The translations under genes and the position numbers were made by a program. The notes under the pieces were generated by a model, which ran no database searches, was not told where the DNA came from, and saw only the letters and a program-made list of their open reading frames with translations. This document shows positions 36,857-47,759 of a stretch of 64,000 nucleotides of DNA, piece by piece; the first letter of the stretch is position 1, and every line of letters begins with the position of its first letter. The DNA comes from a virus: the IMG/VR virus record IMGVR_UViG_3300031787_000068, positions 1 to 64,000 of that record; one strand, written 5' to 3'.

Positions 36857-39800
36857 ATGCCCGGAACCAGTATTTACATAAATCAAATAGATTTGGATCC
36901 CAATTCTTTCGTTTGGGCAACCGGACAAGATTTGAGAAAATTTAACGGAAGCACTTGGGAATATTACGATAGTACAAATTCATCAGTTCCCAGTGGATCC
37001 CCTTATTATCTTGACACTAGATCTATATCCATAGACGATTCAGGATTAGCTTGGTGCGGAATAGCTCAGGGCCCAACGGCTTCTTACGATTCCCCTTGTG
37101 TTTTTAATATTTCTGTTGAAGATGTTTCGGTAGGAGAAAAATGGAATTTTTCTGATCTTGGAACTTTTAATGTTCCCCAAGAAGTTTCTTTGATATATTC
37201 ATCTCCTTACGGGAACGAGGTTTTGGCATTTTTGTCCCCCTTAAATGGAATAGGAACTACTGGTGCAACCGCATATACCAGAATAAATGGAGTAACTGGG
37301 GGAAGATTATTTTTCTATGATAAGAATATAGAAAAATGGAATGAAACTCTTCCTAGCTATAGATGGCCTCATATATATGAGATTAAATCAAAAGGGTATA
37401 AAGGAAAAGAATATAAATATTTTTTAGGAACCTCCCAGGGAATGTGGATAATACCACCCGGAAAATTAAGCACTCTTTCTCTCGATGGAGGGGGAGAAAT
37501 AGTTTATCAAGCTAAAGTTTATAATACTAGTACCAGTGGAATAATATCTAATGAGGTATATTCTTTGGATTTTGATGAAAATGGAAACTTGTGGATAGGA
37601 ACAGATCAGGGGATATCTTTTTTTGATGGGAACAAATTCTGGAATTACGATACCTCTGGACCTGTTACTTATATAAAATCTAGAGAAAATGGACACATCT
37701 TCTATTCTATAGGGGATGGAGAACTTTCCCAGGGAACTGGTCTTTGGCATTTTAATGGAACTACTCACACTAATCTAAATTCTTCTAATTCGGATCTTCC
37801 CAATGACAATATATTGAACATAGATTTAGTAGAAAACGGGACTAAGCAATCTAATTTAACCCTTTATGAAAACTCTCTTTGGATACTGTGTCTAAATGAG
37901 ATTTCTTCTTTTGCTTACGATTTGCCCCATGTCTATGCTTCTTCTAAAAATGAAGGAGCTACAGGGTGGAATTTTACTTATAGAGTTCCTATTGCAGGAA
38001 CTGGCCCAACGGGGGCTCCTCCTATACCTAAAGTTAATAAATATACTTGGGCCTACCCAGAATGGCAAACATACGAAACCGAATTTGTGGCTTCAAAACT
38101 TCCTGGAACGGATCCTAGAAATCTTTTTCTTACTGTTCCCATTAAAGACATAGCGGACGGAAAGGCAGGAGAGCAATATTATTGGAGTAATTCCCCAATA
38201 GCTAGTTATGATGAAAAAGTATTAGAGGAAAAAATAGGTCTTTCTCTATGGGATTCTCCAGTAGGAGTAGGAGGGTCTGGAGGAGATGTAAAAATTACTT
38301 GCTCTACCTCGATAGAAACAGATTTAGGAATTAAATACTTCGTCGGAGGGTATATTACCGGGGAGACCCAGGCATTTTTTGGATATTATAACGACTCAAG
38401 TTTAGCATACGTAAGTAATCTAAATCCTACTATAGGAGGATCAGGAGGAACAGCAGGATCTTCTAGCTATTACGGAGAAATGGGATTTGTTGTTTGCTAC
38501 GATTATTTGGGATCTGTTGAAAGTATACTTCCCTTTAGAGGATATAAAACTAGAGTGGATTCTTTAGATCCTAGCCCAGATAACAATTCAGTTTCAGTTT
38601 CTGGAACTTATTCTTGGTTCATAGAATCTGGACCTTGGGTATACCATTCTTGGGAAGGAGCAAATTCTTTTTCAGGAAATGGGGTTACCGGAGCTCCTTA
38701 TGGTGCAACTAATATAAATTATCCGGGATTGACAGCCGGAGACTACAATTGGATATACGATCCTTTATCTACTTCATCGGGAATTTTCTCGGGATCTTGG
38801 ACTTATAATCCAATGGCTACCTCTACGATTTCTTCTGGAGAATTTGATTTTTCTTACAACGGATCTGGATACAATTTAGAAGATATAAATGGGGTTTATA
38901 TCGCTTTTTTAGATGATACCTCTTTTGATTGGACTTCCGTAATGGAAAATCTAGTAACTTCAAATTCCGTAGGAATATCTTTAGCTCCTTCTACGATATA
39001 CACCATAACTTTTATAATATCGGTTAGCTCCGGTCTTTTTGTGGGTCTTAGCTATCAATCCGGAACTTCAGGTCCTATTCCTTTTTCGGGGGGAGCTAGT
39101 ATAACTTTTGATTTCTATGAATGGAACAATCAGGCTTATCCTTTAGTTAAAAATATAGGGTCTTTCCCAGGAACTCCGGAAGCAAATTCATATGGAGCTT
39201 TCTGCGCAGAGATCCACAGAGAAATAGGTGATAAATTTTCTTTTACCGGTATAACTGGTGATTATAACTGGGGGTTAAATTCTTCATACAGAGTTAAGAA
39301 ATTTAGAAATTTCCCAGTCAAAAATTTAAATACTCTTTCTGGAAATAATTACGTTCCTCTTACTTCAATTCAAAGAACGAACTACCATACCCATCTACTA
39401 GTACAGTCCAATCTTTCTGGTAATCTTGCAGATCTTTCAACTTTAAAAAATGAGTGGACTAGAACAAATGACAATTCTTCGGTTGATAATTATTTATCCG
39501 ATCCTGCATACACTGGTCTTCTTTCCTATGTGAAAATAAATAATTTAGACTATTCACTTCAGAGTAATTACAACTCAAATACTCCTGGATCTACTGGGGG
39601 GTGGCTTAGAGTTGGATCTGAAATAAACTCTTTAGATCTTGGGGAATCTGTTGTTATAACAGGATCAGCAACAGGGGGATTTTATTTTTCTGGAAATTAC
39701 CTTACCCCAACAGGATCTTCAAATTCTCCTTTCTACATTTCTATAACTTCTAATCCGGTAGGATCTACGGGATTTTATTTAGATTCTTTTGGTCTAACTG

Positions 39801-40918
39801 GAAATAAAATAGATGTAACTAAGGACGAATCATGTTATTATATAACAACTGTAGTGGGATCGTCAGGATCTTATTTTGGGAAAAATTTTGTAGCAGAACC
39901 GGATAAAACTTATTTCTTAACTTCTAAATTAACAGAACAGACGGTATGTAAAGGAATTTTCTATCCTTCAATTACAGGGTCTCATCCTTCTCTAGATCTA
40001 AAAACGACTTTAAGACTTCCTAACGAGCAATTTGTAGTTCATTATGAGGATTATGATGATCTATATACGGTAAAAGTACTTAAAACTGACGAGGATTCTA
40101 GAATAAATGACATGATTACGGTCTCTGGTTTTAATGGGGATCTTTCTCTTAGTACCGATTCTGATTCTAATATATTATTTTCTGGGTTCAATTCTTTAGG
40201 TCTAACTGGATCTGCTTATGTTAATTTCGGATATGTTAATGTTGGGTATATTGTCAATGAAATACCAGAAACTTTTATAGATTTTGATTACATAGATATA
40301 GGTTATTTTGTAAATTCAGCAAGCGGATTTGTTTATTTACTTAAACAATATAAACCTAATCTAGGGATAAACGAAGGAGAAATAATATCTAGACCGGGAT
40401 CGGATCCTTGGGTTTGGAGCGATTCTCACGTAAAAGGAGAAGGATCTTTTGAAGTTCCTCTTATGTCTACTCTTATATTTAATAATTACGCATCGGAAAT
40501 ATACGGAAAAAATACCAACAAATGGATTCTTTCAAATTCTTCTACCGGGGAAGAGATTTTGAATATAAAATATTCTCCTTATTTTATTTATACTTTTACG
40601 GAGGAGGGAGAATATACCATCTATAATGAGGTTTTGGATTCTGAAGGAAACGTTTATGCCACTACAGGAAATGGATTTATAAAAGTCATAGACCATAAAA
40701 AGATGAGAATTCCGGGAAGAAAATCCGGACCTATAGATTCTGTTAATTATGGAGCAGAGGAACCACAAAGCGGAATATCTTATCAGGGACAAAAGCTGAG
40801 AAAAGATATCGAAAAACAGCAAATGGAAATAGAGAGAAAAAACAAAACTAAATTTACTCCTGCTATATCTATACCGGATAATCCTGATTCTACTTATAAA
40901 AGAGTAATATTAGAATAG
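36857..40918 (+). CDS. Large virion protein with Reg_prop-like beta-propeller and C-terminal PKD/Ig-like domain
   Basis: YNTSTSGIISNEVYSLDFDENGNLWIGTDQGISFFDG, NSSNSDLPNDNI; YTFTEEGEYTIYNEVLDSEGN; AATATATA at 36833..36840. Confidence 0.65.
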   Translation: MPGTSIYINQIDLDPNSFVWATGQDLRKFNGSTWEYYDSTNSSVPSGSPYYLDTRSISIDDSGLAWCGIAQGPTASYDSPCVFNISVEDVSVGEKWNFSDLGTFNVPQEVSLIYSSPYGNEVLAFLSPLNGIGTTGATAYTRINGVTGGRLFFYDKNIEKWNETLPSYRWPHIYEIKSKGYKGKEYKYFLGTSQGMWIIPPGKLSTLSLDGGGEIVYQAKVYNTSTSGIISNEVYSLDFDENGNLWIGTDQGISFFDGNKFWNYDTSGPVTYIKSRENGHIFYSIGDGELSQGTGLWHFNGTTHTNLNSSNSDLPNDNILNIDLVENGTKQSNLTLYENSLWILCLNEISSFAYDLPHVYASSKNEGATGWNFTYRVPIAGTGPTGAPPIPKVNKYTWAYPEWQTYETEFVASKLPGTDPRNLFLTVPIKDIADGKAGEQYYWSNSPIASYDEKVLEEKIGLSLWDSPVGVGGSGGDVKITCSTSIETDLGIKYFVGGYITGETQAFFGYYNDSSLAYVSNLNPTIGGSGGTAGSSSYYGEMGFVVCYDYLGSVESILPFRGYKTRVDSLDPSPDNNSVSVSGTYSWFIESGPWVYHSWEGANSFSGNGVTGAPYGATNINYPGLTAGDYNWIYDPLSTSSGIFSGSWTYNPMATSTISSGEFDFSYNGSGYNLEDINGVYIAFLDDTSFDWTSVMENLVTSNSVGISLAPSTIYTITFIISVSSGLFVGLSYQSGTSGPIPFSGGASITFDFYEWNNQAYPLVKNIGSFPGTPEANSYGAFCAEIHREIGDKFSFTGITGDYNWGLNSSYRVKKFRNFPVKNLNTLSGNNYVPLTSIQRTNYHTHLLVQSNLSGNLADLSTLKNEWTRTNDNSSVDNYLSDPAYTGLLSYVKINNLDYSLQSNYNSNTPGSTGGWLRVGSEINSLDLGESVVITGSATGGFYFSGNYLTPTGSSNSPFYISITSNPVGSTGFYLDSFGLTGNKIDVTKDESCYYITTVVGSSGSYFGKNFVAEPDKTYFLTSKLTEQTVCKGIFYPSITGSHPSLDLKTTLRLPNEQFVVHYEDYDDLYTVKVLKTDEDSRINDMITVSGFNGDLSLSTDSDSNILFSGFNSLGLTGSAYVNFGYVNVGYIVNEIPETFIDFDYIDIGYFVNSASGFVYLLKQYKPNLGINEGEIISRPGSDPWVWSDSHVKGEGSFEVPLMSTLIFNNYASEIYGKNTNKWILSNSSTGEEILNIKYSPYFIYTFTEEGEYTIYNEVLDSEGNVYATTGNGFIKVIDHKKMRIPGRKSGPIDSVNYGAEEPQSGISYQGQKLRKDIEKQQMEIERKNKTKFTPAISIPDNPDSTYKRVILE

Positions 40919-41013
40919 TGAAATTTTATCTCTATTTTTTACTAGAATAAATAACCAATTTCGATTTTTAACTATTTAAAAAAACGATATATAAAAATAA
41001 AAAAACAAAAAAA

Positions 41014-41925
41014 ATGGCTTCAACTGTAAACATTACTGAAATTTTAGGTTCCGATTCTATATCGGGATCTAGGGTTACTATTAATTCTAATTTTTTAATA
41101 CTTCAAAACTGGATAAATGGATATGTTCAGGTATTTGGAGTCGATACTACTAATGGGATATTAGATTTAACTTCATCGTCTACCGGAAAAGTTATGGCAA
41201 AAATAGGAAGATTTGACTCCCTTTCTTTGCCAGCATCAGGAACAGCTCTTACTTCTTTTGATTCTATTGGAGGAGGATCTCTAGTATCTCTTTCATCTAC
41301 AAATGTTACAGTTTCCGGAGCATTAACTGCTACAGGAACAATAACTTTTGGAACTGGATCTATTTTCATTGCCGGTGGAACTTCTAGCTTTAATTCATCT
41401 TTAAGTGCAAATGCATCTCTTTATCTGGGACCACAGGGACATGTCATAAGTCAGAATACTACAGTTGCTACCGGTTTAACAGCAGGAACCGCATTCCCTT
41501 CTACCGCTTTAGGAGGAGGTGGTTATCAAACTACCACATCTGCTTCTCCTTATGCTATAACCGGATTAGAGGATGTTATATTTGCAGATTGTGGTCCTAC
41601 GGGATTCTATTTAAAAGTAGTAGATGGTCTTTCTCCTGCGGGGGGAACCCTACCAAATATACCCCAAGGAACCAGAGTTACGATAGTGAATACGAATCCT
41701 GCAACGGGATACATTTGGACAGGACTTACCGGATCTACCACTTATTATACAGGGTTTAATACAGATTCTTCTTACGGGGGGTATTCTTCTTTAGGAATTC
41801 AAATTCCACAAAATAAAGCATATCGATCTTCAATTACTCTTCAATGGGAGCCTAGAATTGGACAGGGACAAGCCACCATGAATGGATCTTGGGTAGTTAT
41901 AGGATCTAGTAATGTAACAGTTTAA
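41014..41925 (+). CDS. Virion fibre/adaptor protein, G/S/T-rich
   Basis: N-terminal EILGSDSISGSRVTINSNF anchor resembles the DS...NxNF of the collagen fibres; GATATATA at 40986..40993. Confidence 0.55.
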   Translation: MASTVNITEILGSDSISGSRVTINSNFLILQNWINGYVQVFGVDTTNGILDLTSSSTGKVMAKIGRFDSLSLPASGTALTSFDSIGGGSLVSLSSTNVTVSGALTATGTITFGTGSIFIAGGTSSFNSSLSANASLYLGPQGHVISQNTTVATGLTAGTAFPSTALGGGGYQTTTSASPYAITGLEDVIFADCGPTGFYLKVVDGLSPAGGTLPNIPQGTRVTIVNTNPATGYIWTGLTGSTTYYTGFNTDSSYGGYSSLGIQIPQNKAYRSSITLQWEPRIGQGQATMNGSWVVIGSSNVTV

Positions 41926-41938
41926 TATTTTTTAGGAA

Positions 41939-44140
41939 ATGGCAAAAACCCCTTTTATTAGACCGCTACAAATTCAGGGAGGTACTTTTTATACTTTTAG
42001 CTCTGCTGCTGAAGATTTATCTTTTACTTTTAATAATCCCACTAATAAATTTTCATTTTCTAAATTTGCCTTATTAAATATACCCAATTTCGATACTAGT
42101 TCTTCGGAAGCCAATTATGTTAGATTGAATGGTCCGGATGGAGCTTTTATAGACTGGGCAAATAACACTCAAAAGATAATAACAGGAAATTCTAACATAG
42201 ATTTTTCTCAGAGTTTTCAAAGCTACTGTTTAAATCTAGAATCCACCATAACAGGAGATGATAATTATAATAGAGGATTAAAACAAAATGTATCGGAAAG
42301 AGTATTCTTTAAATGGCTTAAAGAAATAGGAGCTATTAGATTTCGTCCTGCTAATTCTAGCGAAGTCTCTCCTGCTTTGGACCAAAATACAGTTACTACT
42401 AGCCCCCAGGGATTACCACAAACGCAGAAAAGATATGTTGAAGGAGATCAAACTCCAGGAACTACGGGATCTTATGGAATGACAGGACCTACCTATAGTA
42501 GAGTTGTTCAGTATGTTGGATCTATAGACATATCAAATTCAGTAAGTAATAATACAAATGCCTATACGGAAATTTATCTCTATGTTCCTACTGATGCAGG
42601 AAATACCCCTACTGTGCTATTTAAAAACGTAGTAGACCAAAATTATCTTCCTGATTTTTCTTTAACAAATAGCCCAGTAGATCCTCTTAATGCGGAATAT
42701 CTTTATGGGAGAAACTACACCGAAAATAACCCTAGCGGGCTAACCAATCTTGCTATATACGATCTCGAGACAAAAAATGTCCCTTCAGCATCTTATATAG
42801 ATACTGCAATTCCCCCTGTAACTATACCAAATAACTGGTATGATAATAGGGGATTAAATAACAGCTATTTAACCGACTCTTCTTTTACAGATCCATCCAA
42901 TTACATATTAACTAAAACGGATAATTCCAATACTCTTACCTATATCAGAAGTAAATTGGATTCTATAGGAATAGATTTTGATCCAGATTCATATAAAGCA
43001 ATCCTAGATGATACTTCGATATCTACTATAGATGAATATAATTCCACTCCAGCTTCTACGGACTTCGAATTTAATGCAGCTTTAGTTTATTATGACGTTT
43101 TCGATCCTTCAGATCCTACACAAAGAGCAACTAATTTATATGGGGTTTTATTCTTGGATGATGTAAATTCTTCCTCGGGAGACATATTTATTCCTAGAAC
43201 ACAAAAAATAAAGCCTAATCCTATTAGCAGACTGAATGGTAATTCATTTGCGCTTAAGGTAAATTTAAAATTAGATTCTGATGTAGATCAAGTTGGAGTA
43301 GAACAATCTATAAATGACTATTCTCCTTTTTCTTTATTGATGTTTATGGATGCGATGAATGTTCTTCAAGATTCTAGCGCAACTCTTAACAGATCAGCTT
43401 CTCAATTTATAGATTTATCTAATAGAGTAACTAATCTGGAAAATCTTGCATTGACTACAGAAACCTCTATAAATTTTAGCACGAGGATAGCAGCTATAGA
43501 ACAATCTCTTGCAGCTAATCAAGCTTTATTTAATAATACCCAATCTATACTTAATCTTATAAATCAGAATTACGATTTAACTCGGTCAATTATCAATAAC
43601 GAAACAAGTGTTGAGGTATCCTATAACTTAAATACTATAAATCAAGGACTAGGAATAAATGTAGATAGATCCGTAGAAAATCTAGTAACAATAAACAATA
43701 CTAGCCAGGATTTTAATATAGGTGAAAATAAAGGATATGGAATTTTAACCCAAACGGGACAAAACGTAATAGAGCTATTAAATTTCTCAAATTATTTTAA
43801 ACATATTAATAACGGGATAGAAATAAATCTTACCGGTGATATGACTATTAGAATAGATGATACTAAGGTAAAATGGAAAAATGGACAGAGATTTAGAATC
43901 TCATTTGGAGATAAAATTTACCCTCAATCTTCTATAATAACCATTGTAACAGATTCTCAGGGATTATATCCCTTAAGTTCTCCCTCGGGAGGAATTTATT
44001 CTACTACGATAGTAGTTTTAGACGATTCTGTTTTTCTGGAATGGGGAAATAAACCAGTATTTGATATAGTTTGCATAGACGACCAGAATTTAATATTCCA
44101 GGTAGATGCGATAGGAAAAAGTTTGACAGATAATCAATAA
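41939..44140 (+). CDS. Virion structural protein
   Basis: 733 aa, N/S/T-rich with a coiled-coil segment, in the morphogenesis cluster. Confidence 0.55.
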   Translation: MAKTPFIRPLQIQGGTFYTFSSAAEDLSFTFNNPTNKFSFSKFALLNIPNFDTSSSEANYVRLNGPDGAFIDWANNTQKIITGNSNIDFSQSFQSYCLNLESTITGDDNYNRGLKQNVSERVFFKWLKEIGAIRFRPANSSEVSPALDQNTVTTSPQGLPQTQKRYVEGDQTPGTTGSYGMTGPTYSRVVQYVGSIDISNSVSNNTNAYTEIYLYVPTDAGNTPTVLFKNVVDQNYLPDFSLTNSPVDPLNAEYLYGRNYTENNPSGLTNLAIYDLETKNVPSASYIDTAIPPVTIPNNWYDNRGLNNSYLTDSSFTDPSNYILTKTDNSNTLTYIRSKLDSIGIDFDPDSYKAILDDTSISTIDEYNSTPASTDFEFNAALVYYDVFDPSDPTQRATNLYGVLFLDDVNSSSGDIFIPRTQKIKPNPISRLNGNSFALKVNLKLDSDVDQVGVEQSINDYSPFSLLMFMDAMNVLQDSSATLNRSASQFIDLSNRVTNLENLALTTETSINFSTRIAAIEQSLAANQALFNNTQSILNLINQNYDLTRSIINNETSVEVSYNLNTINQGLGINVDRSVENLVTINNTSQDFNIGENKGYGILTQTGQNVIELLNFSNYFKHINNGIEINLTGDMTIRIDDTKVKWKNGQRFRISFGDKIYPQSSIITIVTDSQGLYPLSSPSGGIYSTTIVVLDDSVFLEWGNKPVFDIVCIDDQNLIFQVDAIGKSLTDNQ

Positions 44141-44143
44141 AAA

Positions 44144-47100
44144 ATGGCAGGTACAAATAATAGTATAAGTTCTTTAATAGCTCAGTTTCTTAGACTACAA
44201 TCTAATGCTTTAGAAATAATAAACGGTTTAAATGAAGTAGCTACTTCTACAAATGAATCGGTTACTATACAGATATTAGATGAAAATGGATTACCGAATA
44301 CCGTAAATGTACCTTCTTATGGGTATATGAGTGGAGAGATACTAAGACTAAATAACAATGTTAAATCTTTAGCGGGTTTAGGAGATGGAACGGCTACTGT
44401 TAGAAATTCAGACGGAACATATTCCCAAGTATATAGAAGCAAATCTATAAAAGAGCCTTCTAGAGTTACTGATCTTCAGGTTCCCAGTTCTTTTAAAGTT
44501 AAAGACAATTGGTTTTTCGAGAGTTTTCTAAGTCCCCTTCTTTATGTTAGTATAGACGTAACGGGGAAAATCCCAGAAAATTCTGATAGAATAGTCATTA
44601 AGAGAATTATAGCAAACACCGAAACAGAAGATCAAAAAAACTTTTTTGATTTAAATCTAAAAGGCAAAAATGATATAAGCCATGATGGATTTATTTCTTC
44701 CTTAGAGTCATATGGAATTTCATATTTTACCGATGAAGATATAGTGGATCTCCCACTTAAAACAATAAGATATGTAGGAAATTTTGGGGTTTTAAATTTT
44801 ATAGATGATACTGTAAATCAGAGAGATTCCCAGGGAAATTCCTTTCAAGTAACAGTTAGAAATTATAAATTAACCTCTTTAAATTATACCGATACCTCAA
44901 GTACAGTTACCAACGGAGAAACTCTAAAAAATGGAGACACTTTATCAACTCCGGACGGAACAAAGTACAAAATAACTTCTGTTAATATTTCGGATTCTAC
45001 AGTTCAGCTAGAAAGAGTTTCTGGATTCCAACCTGTTTTATTGGGAAGTAATTCTCTTTCAATCGCACTTGCGGATTTTTCTAATAGATTTGCAGACGTT
45101 AATATAGGAAACGATGAAAGACAAGGAATATTTTTTAAATCTATAGATGATGATTTTAATATAGTTGCAGCTAACTGGTCAACAGGAGTTACTTTTTGGT
45201 CTAGCGAATTAGAAACAGTAAATACCGACGGGAATCTAGTTAACCTTTCCACTTATTATAAAGATAGTGTTTCGGACTTCGGAAAACTTTTTATAGGGCT
45301 TGCTAAAGAAAATACGGTTACTGCATTAGAAGGATTAATTCCTAATGTCCCTACTGTTACCGAGGATTCTTTCAAAGTGGTTCAAATAAATAAACAGATA
45401 ACGGATTCAACTTCAGTAAAAAACATAGATGAAAAATTAAAACTTAAGGTCTCCGTAAAAAGCGAAATAGATTCTATAGATCAAGCTCTACAGCAAAATA
45501 AGCTACAAATAAGTAATCTTAACTCCGGAAAAGCTTCAGGAAAAGGATCTGCATTTTCTACATTTACAGATCAAAAATCTTCTCTAGAGAATAATGTCAA
45601 ATCTTTAACCGAGGAGAGATCTAAGAAATCGGAACTTTATGCTTCTTTGGTCAGCGAAGTTTCTACCCTAACTAAAGATGTCCCTCAGCTTTTAGAAAAA
45701 CCTAAATACAGGATTAGAGGATTTTGGCCAATACCGGACCCTAAAGTAAATGGTACTACGAAACAAGAGGTTATTCAATTTATAGTAAGATATAGATACC
45801 TTTCCGATTCAGGATCCTCCCAGCCATCAGATCAAATAGAATATACTGATAAAGACGGTCTTAAGAAAAATGCAGCTTTTTCCAATTGGGTAGAATACAA
45901 AACTCCAGAAAGAAAAAAAGTTTATGATTCTACCAGAGGAATATACGTTTGGGCTAATGAAGATCCTTCTAATGCAAATTCGGTAAATGTAAATCAATTA
46001 GATATTCCTATAACAAAAGGAGAAAAAGTGGAAATACAGATAGCTTCCATTTCTGAAGCTGGGTGGCCTCAAAATCCTCTAACTTCGGATTTCTCCCCTT
46101 CTGTTATTATATCTTTTCCGGATAATCTTAATGTAAATGGAGCTTCCGATACTTTGATAAAAAATAACGAAGATTCTGCAGTAGTTAAAGTACAGCAGAC
46201 GTTAAATTCCCAGGGTCTTCCCCAGCATTTATCTGAACAGTTTACTGATGGATCGGTAACTTATTTCCATAATTCTTCTAATATAGCAAGTGGATTCTAT
46301 ACGTCTTCGGGTTCTGTGATAAGCCTATTTGATAAAATATCGGAGCTACAAAATCAGATAGAGATATTAAAAGCTCAAATTACTAATACTAAAGGTATTC
46401 TTGAAATTTATATTGTTGATCCTACAAACCAGAAAATTAAAATAACTAGAGGATCTTTAGTTAGTCTAAATTCAGATTTTTACGATAGAATATTCAGTAA
46501 TCCTTTGACTTTAGACGCAGGAAAAATAGCTTCTACGACTTACAATATACAACTTCTAAACACACAAACAACCGCAGTAGAATTAGTTTCTATAATTCCA
46601 GGAGGACTTGGCCTTAAAGCACCTAATGTTATTTCGGCAAGTTCCCCGGTAGGATATAACGAAAATCTGAGATATGGCCAATGTCCTATATCAATAAGCT
46701 CTTTACAAATTTCTGAGGTAGAAGATAATACTTTCTTTAGACAGGTATCACCTTTTGCTTCTTCTAGCTCGTATTCCCAATTCATATACCCTAGATTTAA
46801 AAACGTAGGATTAAATGAGATACTTTATTGTGCGGTAGATAATAACATTTCTACTAATACTCCAACTGGGGATATCCCAGCAGCTCCAACAGTTTCTGGA
46901 GCGTTTACTGATAATTACAGTCCGACATATGACTATTCTGGAAGTTTACAAACTAATTTTAGCGCATCAGGAACTTACCCTCAGAATGGAACAGTATTAA
47001 TACCTTATGATCCGGGGAATACTCCAGTAGATGCAAGGGGGGGAACTGCTTCCGGAGTATGGAATGGAACCTTTTCCGGAATTACGGGGGGTACACCTAA

Positions 47101-47749
47101 CGGGGGAGGAAGAATTTCGGAATTTTCTATTTCTACTTCCCACCCTTATTTAGAAAGTGTAGGAGGATCTTTTAGTTACACCACATATTCCGAATTAGTT
47201 AAACCATATTCTTCGGATACTAAAGTTTATCCTCCTTTTAGGCACACCCAAACTTTCTGGGGAGATACATCTCTTTCAGATTCTAAAATGCAACAAGGAT
47301 ATAGAGATCCTATAACTTTTGCTTCCGGGCCTACGGCAGACAGAGAAGATAGAATGTATGCGGATAAATTAGGATTTTCGGTAAACGATGAATATCTAAT
47401 AGGAAAATATTCTTGTGGGGCTTATCTTTTCTTGAGCCCGGTAGATTCTGCTTTCTTACAGGTTCCTGGAAGAAGCGCTTTATCTACGGTTTTTCTTGAT
47501 AGCGGAGAAGTTAATGCTATAAATATCCCTTTAATTTTTCAATTTAGAGCAGTTGATAAATTAGGATATATCGGAGGATTTAGAAAATCCGGAAATATTT
47601 CTAATATAACATATACAAAGAAGATAGGAATAGATATCCAAACTAAAAACGAAGACGTTTTTTCTTTTGATGTCCAGGTTACAGGTTCGTATAAAAATGA
47701 AACTCTAGTAGCTCCTAATTTCGATAGTGCAACTGTTAGTAGATCTTAA
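44144..47749 (+). CDS. Large virion structural protein
   Basis: 1201 aa with coiled coils and beta-rich domains, in the morphogenesis cluster. Confidence 0.55.
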   Translation: MAGTNNSISSLIAQFLRLQSNALEIINGLNEVATSTNESVTIQILDENGLPNTVNVPSYGYMSGEILRLNNNVKSLAGLGDGTATVRNSDGTYSQVYRSKSIKEPSRVTDLQVPSSFKVKDNWFFESFLSPLLYVSIDVTGKIPENSDRIVIKRIIANTETEDQKNFFDLNLKGKNDISHDGFISSLESYGISYFTDEDIVDLPLKTIRYVGNFGVLNFIDDTVNQRDSQGNSFQVTVRNYKLTSLNYTDTSSTVTNGETLKNGDTLSTPDGTKYKITSVNISDSTVQLERVSGFQPVLLGSNSLSIALADFSNRFADVNIGNDERQGIFFKSIDDDFNIVAANWSTGVTFWSSELETVNTDGNLVNLSTYYKDSVSDFGKLFIGLAKENTVTALEGLIPNVPTVTEDSFKVVQINKQITDSTSVKNIDEKLKLKVSVKSEIDSIDQALQQNKLQISNLNSGKASGKGSAFSTFTDQKSSLENNVKSLTEERSKKSELYASLVSEVSTLTKDVPQLLEKPKYRIRGFWPIPDPKVNGTTKQEVIQFIVRYRYLSDSGSSQPSDQIEYTDKDGLKKNAAFSNWVEYKTPERKKVYDSTRGIYVWANEDPSNANSVNVNQLDIPITKGEKVEIQIASISEAGWPQNPLTSDFSPSVIISFPDNLNVNGASDTLIKNNEDSAVVKVQQTLNSQGLPQHLSEQFTDGSVTYFHNSSNIASGFYTSSGSVISLFDKISELQNQIEILKAQITNTKGILEIYIVDPTNQKIKITRGSLVSLNSDFYDRIFSNPLTLDAGKIASTTYNIQLLNTQTTAVELVSIIPGGLGLKAPNVISASSPVGYNENLRYGQCPISISSLQISEVEDNTFFRQVSPFASSSSYSQFIYPRFKNVGLNEILYCAVDNNISTNTPTGDIPAAPTVSGAFTDNYSPTYDYSGSLQTNFSASGTYPQNGTVLIPYDPGNTPVDARGGTASGVWNGTFSGITGGTPNGGGRISEFSISTSHPYLESVGGSFSYTTYSELVKPYSSDTKVYPPFRHTQTFWGDTSLSDSKMQQGYRDPITFASGPTADREDRMYADKLGFSVNDEYLIGKYSCGAYLFLSPVDSAFLQVPGRSALSTVFLDSGEVNAINIPLIFQFRAVDKLGYIGGFRKSGNISNITYTKKIGIDIQTKNEDVFSFDVQVTGSYKNETLVAPNFDSATVSRS

Positions 47750-47759
47750 TAAAATATAA

